Positions 39,558 through 47,507 of a DNA stretch of 64,000 nucleotides are shown here, in pieces. The position numbers were made by a program, and so were the translations under genes. The stretch's first letter is position 1, and every line of letters begins with the position of its first letter. The stretch lies in contig JBMOKY010000001.1 in the NCBI GenBank assembly GCA_049325535.1, forward strand, positions 29,002 through 93,001, in the 5' to 3' direction. The stretch comes from Patescibacteria group bacterium. GTDB lineage: Bacteria > Patescibacteriota > Patescibacteriia > UBA10025 > JAHIVO01. The notes beneath the pieces are model-generated. The model saw only the letters and a list, made by a program, of their open reading frames with translations. It was not told where the DNA came from and ran no database searches.

Positions 39558-39961
39558 TGCGGCTGATCACGATTTCGGGTACCGTCATATCCGGAGAACA
39601 GATTGGCGAACGCCAGGGGTATCCCACGGCAAATTTTAGCCGTCATGTATTGCGGCGGTCGGGCTTAGGCAATGGTATCTATATTGCCAGCATTACTATT
39701 GGTACCCGGTGGTATCGTGCCGTGGCGGTCATTGGAGTGCCTGGGGTACGCGTGCAGCGGCGGGGAAAAGTTGAGCTGTATATCATTGATTACCCGCGAC
39801 GGGAGCTCTATGGTCGACGGCTGCAATTCGTGGTGTATAAAAAAATTCGTCCGATTCGCCGGTATCGCCAATCGGCCGACCTGATGGCGCGTATTCGGGC
39901 GGATATCCGAGCGGCACGAAAATTTCACTATCCCTCACGCGCTACTCGGGGAAATATTTGA
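39554..39961 (+). CDS. Riboflavin kinase-like domain protein (flavokinase domain only)
   Basis: GTVISGEQIGERQGYPTANF resembles the RibF C-terminal flavokinase domain. No FAD-synthetase domain is present. Confidence 0.65.
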   Translation: MMRLITISGTVISGEQIGERQGYPTANFSRHVLRRSGLGNGIYIASITIGTRWYRAVAVIGVPGVRVQRRGKVELYIIDYPRRELYGRRLQFVVYKKIRPIRRYRQSADLMARIRADIRAARKFHYPSRATRGNI

Positions 39962-42281
39962 TCGGCCACTGTCGAAAGTCGCTGACGTACTGCAGGTCGC
40001 TGATTTTTATTTTTCCGATGTAGAGCTTCTTAAGCGTATCTTCCCCTTGCTCTTTGACCAGGCGCTCTATGATTTGGTTACCGGTAAAATAAACCGCATC
40101 TTTCGTAAATGCTCCGGGGACTCCGGTATCACTGAGCCCTCGCTTTACCCGCACACAGGTACGCCAGGCGCGATCGGGGGCAAGGCCGTAGACATCGACC
40201 ATCTGGTGGTAGAGATCGACGAAGGAGAGCTGCATGCCGAGATAAATGGCAATCACATTGTGCGCTGGTGTAAAAAATTTATCACCCAGGCTGACATGCA
40301 GCCGGTTTTGGTTGTAGATTGCCAGTCCTTCCTCAATCGTCAGATAGCCGGCAGTACCCTGTTCGAAAATGCGGTATTTCTGGAGCCGGCCGTTTTCCAG
40401 CCGGAAGATATGCGTCTCCACTTCATGGGCAATCAGGGCCTTGAGGCGGTTGATGCTAATGCGAGCGTTTTTATCGACGATGATGGTATTATTTTTTGTA
40501 ACCTGCATCCCAGCCGTGGCATCGGGTGATAGTTTAATTTTCCATTTGGTCAGTTTTTTTTCTAGCAAGTAGTTTTCCACCCGTTTGATGACGTCCTCAA
40601 TTTTCAGTATCTTACTGGAGTCAGCGACCATCGGTGTCTGTTTGACGAAGGTGAGCGCATCGCGGTATTGGCGCTCAGTCACCGTACCATACACCGCAGC
40701 AGAGCGTGTGGTCAGATCAGTTTCATCTACTCCTTCAGCAAGCTTCAGTTTATTGGTAATTTCGGTGATTTTATCCAGAAATAGCGGCATCAGCGGGTGA
40801 TCCACCTGGCGAGGGATCTTTTTCAGTTCGGTGCGCAGTGCCGCGAGCTGGTCGGTCGGTACGGTGTAGTTGAATTGCGGCGATACCGTCGGATGTTCCA
40901 TGAATCGCCGGTACTCTTCCTCGGTATTGGTTGGTTTGATTCGGGCTAGCAAATGAATCTGTTCATTGATCCGAGCCAGCCGCTGGTCAATGTTATAGAT
41001 AATTTTTTCAGCGATTGGCGTTGAGGCGCCTGGTGTGACGTTTGGTTTAGCGGCGGTTTGCCGCGTTGCATCGATCAGGAATTCCGTCAGAAATTTTCCC
41101 GACAGGATGAGCTGGTGTTTGGCATGTTCGATGGGCGCCTGGCGGAACGGCAGGCGAAGTTTTTTATCCTTAATACTGATATTCAGCAGTTTGGTATCGG
41201 GCGGAACCGCTATAGTTGATGACAGGACATTATGTTCGCTATGGGGGTCGATTTTCGCGCTGAGTGTGGTGATCCCGGGCAGATTGAGGACGTGGATTAA
41301 TTCATATAAACCGACGATTGGTTTGCTGGCCGGTTTGCTCGTTACTGGATTTTTTTCGGCAAGCACGCGGGTAAAAAGTGTCTGGCCGAGGCGCACTCCC
41401 TCACTGGGAGAGGCAACCTTGAGGTCCGCCACTTTTTCCAGGCGTTTGCGAAGCAGCGCTTGGTTTGATATTTGGATAGCCAATCCGGCTCGCGCATTCA
41501 GCTCCAATATTTTGATACCGGCGTTGGTCAGGGCAAGGTCAACGGCCAGATAGCCGATCTGGGTGTAGTACTGGGTTTTAGCCGCCGTCTGTAGGATCTC
41601 CTGCCATTGGGGCATGATAATTTTACGCACCAGATCACCGCCGGGTAGTTTGCGAATAAGCCGGTTTCCCTGGACGCCATAGGTCCCCCGCCCAGTCCCC
41701 AGGTCGATGCCCACGCCGATAGCTCCGAGGTGGAGGTTTGCTTTGCCGCTGGAGGCCGGGGTGGGAAGCCGGAGCATGGCGATGACCGGAACGTATTTGA
41801 ATATAATCACTCGAATATCCGGCAGCCCGGTCGAGCCGAGTGAGCGGAAATAATCGTGCGGTTCCAGTAATTCCTCAAAAAGAACCGTGTCGCCCAAACC
41901 GGAAATCGCATAGCGGCCGTCGAGGATGCTCAGGCTGTGCTCGTATAAATCAGCCCAGCGGTACTCTTTGCCGCCGGCGTCGGTATAGGTACCGTTCTTG
42001 GTATCCTGAACGGCGATGATGCCTTCGCCGCCGTATCCTTTGTTTGGTTTGATGACGAACCGCCGCGGTAGCCGGTCTGGTTTGAATGCGTGCAGCTCAG
42101 CGGAGCTGGAGATCTGGGCAAATAATTTTGCGACGCCGATCCCCCGCGCGTGGAGGAATCGCTTGGTATATAATTTGTCATCGGCAAGACGGCGGTTTTT
42201 TCGGGAATTGAAACGGGATACGTAGAGAAGGTTGCGGGCATTGATGCCCAATATTCCCGATACTTTGGCAAATACAGACAT
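39942..42281 (-). CDS. Fusion protein with an N-terminal RimK-like ATP-grasp ('alpha-L-glutamate ligase-related') domain and a C-terminal QEGLA-motif/DUF1704 domain
   Basis: N-terminal half has ATP-grasp features (FVIKPNKGYGGEGI, LAVDLALTNAGIKILELNARAGL). C-terminal half has ALIAHEVETHIFRLENG...TIEEGLAIY, i.e. the HExxH-like/QEGLA signature of the 'flavohemoglobin expression-modulating QEGLA motif' family. 779 aa. Confidence 0.7.
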   Translation of the reverse strand: MSVFAKVSGILGINARNLLYVSRFNSRKNRRLADDKLYTKRFLHARGIGVAKLFAQISSSAELHAFKPDRLPRRFVIKPNKGYGGEGIIAVQDTKNGTYTDAGGKEYRWADLYEHSLSILDGRYAISGLGDTVLFEELLEPHDYFRSLGSTGLPDIRVIIFKYVPVIAMLRLPTPASSGKANLHLGAIGVGIDLGTGRGTYGVQGNRLIRKLPGGDLVRKIIMPQWQEILQTAAKTQYYTQIGYLAVDLALTNAGIKILELNARAGLAIQISNQALLRKRLEKVADLKVASPSEGVRLGQTLFTRVLAEKNPVTSKPASKPIVGLYELIHVLNLPGITTLSAKIDPHSEHNVLSSTIAVPPDTKLLNISIKDKKLRLPFRQAPIEHAKHQLILSGKFLTEFLIDATRQTAAKPNVTPGASTPIAEKIIYNIDQRLARINEQIHLLARIKPTNTEEEYRRFMEHPTVSPQFNYTVPTDQLAALRTELKKIPRQVDHPLMPLFLDKITEITNKLKLAEGVDETDLTTRSAAVYGTVTERQYRDALTFVKQTPMVADSSKILKIEDVIKRVENYLLEKKLTKWKIKLSPDATAGMQVTKNNTIIVDKNARISINRLKALIAHEVETHIFRLENGRLQKYRIFEQGTAGYLTIEEGLAIYNQNRLHVSLGDKFFTPAHNVIAIYLGMQLSFVDLYHQMVDVYGLAPDRAWRTCVRVKRGLSDTGVPGAFTKDAVYFTGNQIIERLVKEQGEDTLKKLYIGKIKISDLQYVSDFRQWPIKYFPE

Positions 42282-42290
42282 ACGGTAGGG

Positions 42291-43847
42291 TTATTCCTCT
42301 TCTTCGATATCTTTTTCTTTAAATAGACTACGGAATCGTGCGTATTCCGTCCATCGCAAACCAGTGAATTTACCCAGCAGCACCATGCCAGCTAGTGGCA
42401 CGATAATCAATTCTGGCCATGATAGTACCAGATTGGTAAATGAGTCCCAGACGACGACGTAATAAGCACCAATGGATACCACCACCGTGGTAAACACTCC
42501 AAACAGCGCGGCACGGAGACCCTCTTCAGATTGGGCGGAAAGGAATTTGTCGGACATGGTGGACATCACCAGCATGGGAAAAATCGCCAGGGAAGCAGCC
42601 AGGGAGATACGGTAGAGCGACAGGATCCAAATCACCGCCAGAAATGATAAGCCGATGCTGGAGAGGATCAGGCTGGTTTTCGGGATGTAGAGCAGTCGGA
42701 ACCGGTTGAGCGCCAGCCGCAGGATGTAGCTGACAGCCACGACCACGATCAGCGTGCCGAGACCGACATAGATGCCTAGGATGAGGAATGATAGGGCAAT
42801 AACCAACGGCGTATAGATACCAAATGCGGTTATGCCGATGACTTGGCGCGCGAAGGTAATCAGAAAAGCAATAAATGGAACGGCGAGTATCAGATAAATC
42901 GTATTGGTGGGGATGCCCCGGGCGATGAAATTGGTGATAGCGTGTGACAGGAAAAAAACGTTTGATTTTTCACTGCGAGCATCGACGATGCGGTATTCGA
43001 TGGCGCGGCCCTCTAGGCTTGGCACCAGTTCCGTATTGTCTTTGGTTTCAAAAATGGGATTCAGTGCCTCGGGTCGGGTGAGAAGGATGAACGTCGGATT
43101 GATTACCCGGAATGACTGCTGTGCCAGATCCGCGGCGATGGACATGTTTTGTTCGGTGATGACAACTAGGAGTTTGCTTTGCAGGTTTATTTTTTTGCCC
43201 GTGTCCAGATTTTGCCAGTATCGCGTAAAAGACTGGAGTCCGGCAGCGGCATTGGTATAGAACAAGAGTCCATCCGCTTCGCGAATGAAATCCGCTTCCT
43301 GCGCGACCAGCGGCAGCAATTTTTCTTCGGTCAGGAAACCAGTGTCACCAGTTGGGGCAGTGAGGATTTTTAAGTACACTCCATTATTTGCCGCTTGTTC
43401 GACGATAGCATCCAGGTCCTGGACGATTTCCTGATCGGCAATCATCAGCAGTTTCGTGTCAAAGACAAATACTTCTTTTTCGCTGGTAACCACGGCGCCC
43501 CCCTGGGTGATGGTGAGTGTCACTTTATGGATGCCGGTGGCCGTGAATTCGTAGAGCAATTCCTGCCCAAATCGGGCTACCGGGCTGTCGGAAAAATCCC
43601 AACGGTATGATGCCTGTTCGTCGGTGGCCAGCTGGGAGTCGGTCGCGTCGAACAGCGCTTTTTTCCCGAATTCGATATAGTTATCCGAGGTAATTCGCGG
43701 GACGATCGTTCCCGGTTCAGCCGTCGGCTCTTCATTGGTGGGCGCGGGTGTGGTAATCGGAGTAATTTCTTCGGATTGCGCGTGCGTGTCCGACGCCGTG
43801 ATGGTCAGGCAGGTGAGGAGAATGCCGATAAGGAGTATTTTTTTCAT
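42291..43847 (-). CDS. Signal-peptide plus multi-TM protein of the '7TM domain fused to inactive transglutaminase' type
   Basis: Signal peptide MKKILLIGILLTCLTITASDTHA, an extracytoplasmic domain of about 330 aa, and 6-7 C-terminal TM helices. Conserved context between two ATP-grasp genes. The start overlaps the upstream gene by 4 nt (ATGA). Confidence 0.6.
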   Translation of the reverse strand: MKKILLIGILLTCLTITASDTHAQSEEITPITTPAPTNEEPTAEPGTIVPRITSDNYIEFGKKALFDATDSQLATDEQASYRWDFSDSPVARFGQELLYEFTATGIHKVTLTITQGGAVVTSEKEVFVFDTKLLMIADQEIVQDLDAIVEQAANNGVYLKILTAPTGDTGFLTEEKLLPLVAQEADFIREADGLLFYTNAAAGLQSFTRYWQNLDTGKKINLQSKLLVVITEQNMSIAADLAQQSFRVINPTFILLTRPEALNPIFETKDNTELVPSLEGRAIEYRIVDARSEKSNVFFLSHAITNFIARGIPTNTIYLILAVPFIAFLITFARQVIGITAFGIYTPLVIALSFLILGIYVGLGTLIVVVAVSYILRLALNRFRLLYIPKTSLILSSIGLSFLAVIWILSLYRISLAASLAIFPMLVMSTMSDKFLSAQSEEGLRAALFGVFTTVVVSIGAYYVVVWDSFTNLVLSWPELIIVPLAGMVLLGKFTGLRWTEYARFRSLFKEKDIEEEE

Positions 43848-44782
43848 ACTGCGTTTATGAATGTTTTGATGAGTCCGTGGTGAAATTCGCGGTAATGCAT
43901 ACACCAATGTTTGTATGGTAATCCCGGTTCGGGGTTTATTTCAAAAATATACGGCTTCCCCCGTTCAAATCCCATGTCGACGGCATAGATGCGGTTGCCA
44001 TACCGCTTCAGCCGGTTATCGATGCTGTGTACTAGCTGTTTGGCGCGTCGGGGGATGCGGGCAAGCGGTACTTGCCGGGCACGGGCGCCCTGGGCGACAT
44101 TGGCCACCATGAGGTGGGCGGGCGGGATACGGATAAACGATTGAACGATTGTGCCATCCATGACGGTGACGCGGAGGTCGTGACGTCCCCGATAGAGTCC
44201 TGGAATGCCGCCAGTCGTATCCACAAAGGTCTGTATCAGCCCGGGAAATTCCTTCACGGTACGCCGTATTTTTTCAGCACTGCCAATGATTACTCCGGTA
44301 CCGCCGGTACCATGAAGCGGTTTGTACACTATTTGATCGGTCGCTACCTTAGCGATTGCCGCCCTGAGTTGTTTTTTGTTCAGCACGCGGTAGGTCGGTT
44401 TCATGTAGCGATGGAAGGCCCGGTAGGTACCGTATTTATCATAGGTCAGCTGATAGAGCTTCCAGGGATTGACGACTGCCCAATCACGTCCGCCATTGCT
44501 CCGGAGTCGGTTTTTATTGTACACCACGCGGGCCGCGATGGGGCCATGATGCCCGACTAATGTACCGGTTTGGTAATGATAACCTCCTGAAAAGTTACCG
44601 TTGCCAATGTGGCGCTCCGCGCCGCGGACGTAGTAGACGGAAAAATGGGCTGATGCGGTTTTGAAAAAATCGAAATACGATTCTCTCCAGTGCGGTACGG
44701 TAAATGGATAGGAGCGAACCGTCCCGGATGGATGCAGAACGACGAGATTTGGTTTTCCATCGGTGAAGCGAGATGTATTCAT
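43844..44782 (-). CDS. Stand-alone ATP-grasp-fold ligase (RimK-like)
   Basis: KPLHGTGGTGVII and C-terminal IFEINPEPG are ATP-grasp features. First gene of the three-gene operon. Confidence 0.55.
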   Translation of the reverse strand: MNTSRFTDGKPNLVVLHPSGTVRSYPFTVPHWRESYFDFFKTASAHFSVYYVRGAERHIGNGNFSGGYHYQTGTLVGHHGPIAARVVYNKNRLRSNGGRDWAVVNPWKLYQLTYDKYGTYRAFHRYMKPTYRVLNKKQLRAAIAKVATDQIVYKPLHGTGGTGVIIGSAEKIRRTVKEFPGLIQTFVDTTGGIPGLYRGRHDLRVTVMDGTIVQSFIRIPPAHLMVANVAQGARARQVPLARIPRRAKQLVHSIDNRLKRYGNRIYAVDMGFERGKPYIFEINPEPGLPYKHWCMHYREFHHGLIKTFINAV

Positions 44783-44808
44783 CGGCCTCGGGTCAAAGAC
44801 AAGAGTGA

Positions 44809-44895
44809 TGGTGCCGCCGGTCGGACTCGAACCGACACGGGATTGCTCCCAAAGGATTTTAAGTCCTTCGTGTATACCAATTTCACCACGGCGGC
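44809..44895 (-). tRNA. tRNA-Leu (anticodon TAA), long variable arm
   Basis: Reverse complement GCCGCCGTGGTGAAATTGGTATACACGAAGGACTTAAAATCCTTTGGGAGCAATCCCGTGTCGGTTCGAGTCCGACCGGCGGCACCA. Confidence 0.7.
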
Positions 44896-44905
44896 ATGAA
44901 ACTTA

Positions 44906-45364
44906 TTATGGCTTGATACTGTGAAAGAGGACGATGCCGGCAGCAATGCCGACGTTTAAGGATTCCTTCTTTCCGTGCATCGGTATTTCGATAATCTGAT
45001 CGCAGATATTGAGCAGTCGCTTGGGCAGTCCCGTTATTTCAGCGCCGAGCACATAGGCTCGTTTGCGTTTCAATCGGACCGAGGAGTATGGTTTGCTCAT
45101 GGATGACTGTTCAAGCGCCACCAGCTGGTAGCCAGTGGCTTTGAGGGCATCAAGCGCTCGTTTGGTCTGATGGCAATAGGTGAAGGTCACTGTTTTTTCC
45201 GCGCCGAGGGCAACTTTGTCAATTTTCGGGTGCGGCGGTTGTGGGGTAATACCGCAAAGAATAATCCGTTTGACCCCGGCCGCATCTGCGGTACGAAAAA
45301 TAGCGCCTACATTGAAACGGCTACGGATGTTATAGAGGACCAATACGATGTCATGTTCAGGCAT
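44906..45364 (-). CDS. SpoU/TrmH-family RNA 2'-O-methyltransferase (TrmL-like, short form)
   Basis: SPOUT-fold motifs (VLYNIRSRFNVGAIFRTADAAGV, LGAEITG, ESLNVGIAAGIVLF). Confidence 0.8.
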   Translation of the reverse strand: MPEHDIVLVLYNIRSRFNVGAIFRTADAAGVKRIILCGITPQPPHPKIDKVALGAEKTVTFTYCHQTKRALDALKATGYQLVALEQSSMSKPYSSVRLKRKRAYVLGAEITGLPKRLLNICDQIIEIPMHGKKESLNVGIAAGIVLFHSIKP

Positions 45365-45380
45365 GGAAACGGATGATGGG

Positions 45381-45457
45381 CTGGAGCGGCAGACCGGACT
45401 TGAACCGGCGACCTTCTCCTTGGCAAGGAGACGTTCTAGCCAACTGAACTACTGCCG
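45381..45457 (-). tRNA. tRNA-Gly (anticodon GCC)
   Basis: Reverse complement GCGGCAGTAGTTCAGTTGGCTAGAACGTCTCCTTGCCAAGGAGAAGGTCGCCGGTTCAAGTCCGGTCTGCCGCTCCA. Confidence 0.7.
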
Positions 45458-45728
45458 CGTGATTGTCGAAAACCCCTTTTGAAAGTGGTTTTGGATACTT
45501 TCCGCAAAGATTTGTATCGTTCACCCGACATAAAGTCGAGGTTCACGATGCTTCATTATTTTCCTCACCTGCCCATGGGCAGGTTCGGAGCAATGATGAG
45601 AGTAAAAGCGCACCGTACCGAAGTGGAGGCCACGGGCGTCCCGTCCTTCGACAAGCTCATGACGGAATCTCCGCTGCGCTCCGAGAATCGAATCTCGCTT
45701 GGATTGTATTTCTCATAATTTTTCCTAA

Positions 45729-45802
<74 letters not shown>

Positions 45803-46126
45803 TAGGAAAAATTATGAGAAATCGAGCTCTCAATGAACTCGGCCAAAAATTGGATGTGAAATGGCGACTATCTGGACCCCACCCCGTCGCATGACGGGGA
45901 CTCCGTGGCCTCGTGAGGCTGATTCATCGAAAAAAGTGCATTCATGATCTATGAAATGCAAGCTGAATAGTACCAAAAAGGGTGTTAAAAATCAATAGGA
46001 GACCAATATAGTTCACCATTGTCCTAAACCCCGAAAAAATTTAAGGAAAGAGTCCTGCTCGGTATATTCAGGAGTATTCTGGTTGAGAACGCAAAAACCC
46101 GGATATTGCCGGGTTTTTTGTGCTGA

Positions 46127-46633
46127 TTATAGAATTTCTATAGTGGTATACCTGACGCCCCATTGCAGCGCCGCTTCTCGGCTGGTCATCCAGATATCAG
46201 CTTTGTGCCAGTAGCGGGCAGCCATGCGATCCTCGACGATAAATATCTTGTCGCCGAAGTAGTCGGGAAATCGGACTTTGGTGCCGATGGGCAGAAAATT
46301 GGCGGCGATAGTACCGTCGTGCACCCGTGTGCCCGATGCGGTGATAAAAGGATCGCCGCTTGTCTGATCGGGCGTCGAGGAATAGGCGGTGACGCTGATG
46401 CGCATGATTCGTTTTGCTTCAGGGCGTGGTTTGTCCGGGTTCTGGGGCAGCCGAGCTGACTCCGCCGGGGCGGAAATGGTGTCATTATTTTGACTTTGAT
46501 CCGTGGCTAGCGGGACTTCAATAGAAGCAGCGGCAACCGACTGGGGAAATGAAAATTGCCAGAAAAGTACGAATGCCATGATGGCGATGATATGCTTTGC
46601 TTTTGCAGTACGTATGTACCTGCGACCAATCAT
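46127..46633 (-). CDS. 3D-domain (MltA/RlpA-like) protein, secreted
   Basis: Signal peptide/TM helix. C-terminal RISVTAYSSTPDQTSGDPFITASGTRVHDGTIAAN...DRMAARYWHKADIW matches the 3D domain. Confidence 0.7.
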   Translation of the reverse strand: MIGRRYIRTAKAKHIIAIMAFVLFWQFSFPQSVAAASIEVPLATDQSQNNDTISAPAESARLPQNPDKPRPEAKRIMRISVTAYSSTPDQTSGDPFITASGTRVHDGTIAANFLPIGTKVRFPDYFGDKIFIVEDRMAARYWHKADIWMTSREAALQWGVRYTTIEIL

Positions 46634-46725
46634 AGAGATCGGTTAATGAATTAGATAGGCTAATATTAGCTAAAATAAGCAACTATCAGGGTATAATGGT
46701 GCTAACATTAGCTCTTTTTATCTAC

Positions 46726-46760
46726 CAAAAAACACCCTACTACAGGGTGCATGTTTTGGA
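46726..46760 (-). terminator. Bidirectional intrinsic terminator downstream of nrdG
   Basis: CACCCT-loop-AGGGTG flanked by A-runs and T-runs. Confidence 0.5.
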
Positions 46761-46802
46761 GTCAACCACCTTAGCATAGGCGGTTTTTTCGGTCAAGCCC
46801 TC

Positions 46803-47492
46803 TTAGCGGATGCCGACTTTTTTTATCATGGTATGCAATTGGTCGCGAAGAACGGCAAATTCTTGATCTGTGTAGGTGTGTTTGCCGAGAAAAGCGCTGT
46901 CATTTGCCTTGGTGGGGATGAATTTTTGTAAATAGTATTGATTTGCTCCTTTGATGGTATCGCCGATCCTCAGGATATCCTCTGGCGAGAGCTGTTCGCG
47001 GACGATGGTTGTGCGGAATTCATACGGAATGCCCGATTTCATCAGCAGTTCGATGCTCCTTTTGATGTCGTCTCGATTGACTGGCATATTGGTTATTTCT
47101 TGATATCGATCAAGCGGACCTTTGATATCCATAGCCAGATAATTGACGAGTTTTTCCTGGATGATCTGTTCCAGCATGGTGGGATTGGTACCCTGAGAGT
47201 CGAGTTTAATTTTGAAGCCTACATCCTTGATTTTCCTGATAAATTCAGGCAAATCCGCATGGATCGTGGGTTCGCCGCCGGTTATGACCACCGCTTGGAG
47301 TTTTCCTCGGCGGGAACGAAGGAAGTCAAGCACTTCTTCTTCCGGAATAGGTGCGGGGAATTGATCGGGTTGCACCAGCTCGGGATTGTGGCAGAATCCG
47401 CAACGAAAATTACACCCGGTGGTGAACACGATGGCGCTCACCAAACCGGGGTAATCAATCATGCTGAATTTTTGCAGCCCGCCGATCCGCAT
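46803..47492 (-). CDS. nrdG: Anaerobic ribonucleoside-triphosphate reductase activating protein (radical SAM)
   Basis: CNFRCGFCHNPEL is the CxxxCxxC radical-SAM cluster motif. Confidence 0.85.
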   Translation of the reverse strand: MRIGGLQKFSMIDYPGLVSAIVFTTGCNFRCGFCHNPELVQPDQFPAPIPEEEVLDFLRSRRGKLQAVVITGGEPTIHADLPEFIRKIKDVGFKIKLDSQGTNPTMLEQIIQEKLVNYLAMDIKGPLDRYQEITNMPVNRDDIKRSIELLMKSGIPYEFRTTIVREQLSPEDILRIGDTIKGANQYYLQKFIPTKANDSAFLGKHTYTDQEFAVLRDQLHTMIKKVGIR

Positions 47493-47507
47493 AGGGTTCG
47501 TGGCGAT

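Noticed and set aside
44690-44899. 69-aa plus-strand ORF
   Set aside because: The same interval encodes a well-formed tRNA-Leu(TAA) on the minus strand.
46692-46697. Plus-strand TATAAT hexamer between the 3D-domain gene and nrdG
   Set aside because: It would drive transcription antisense into nrdG and there is no matching -35 element. Likely fortuitous AT-rich spacer sequence.
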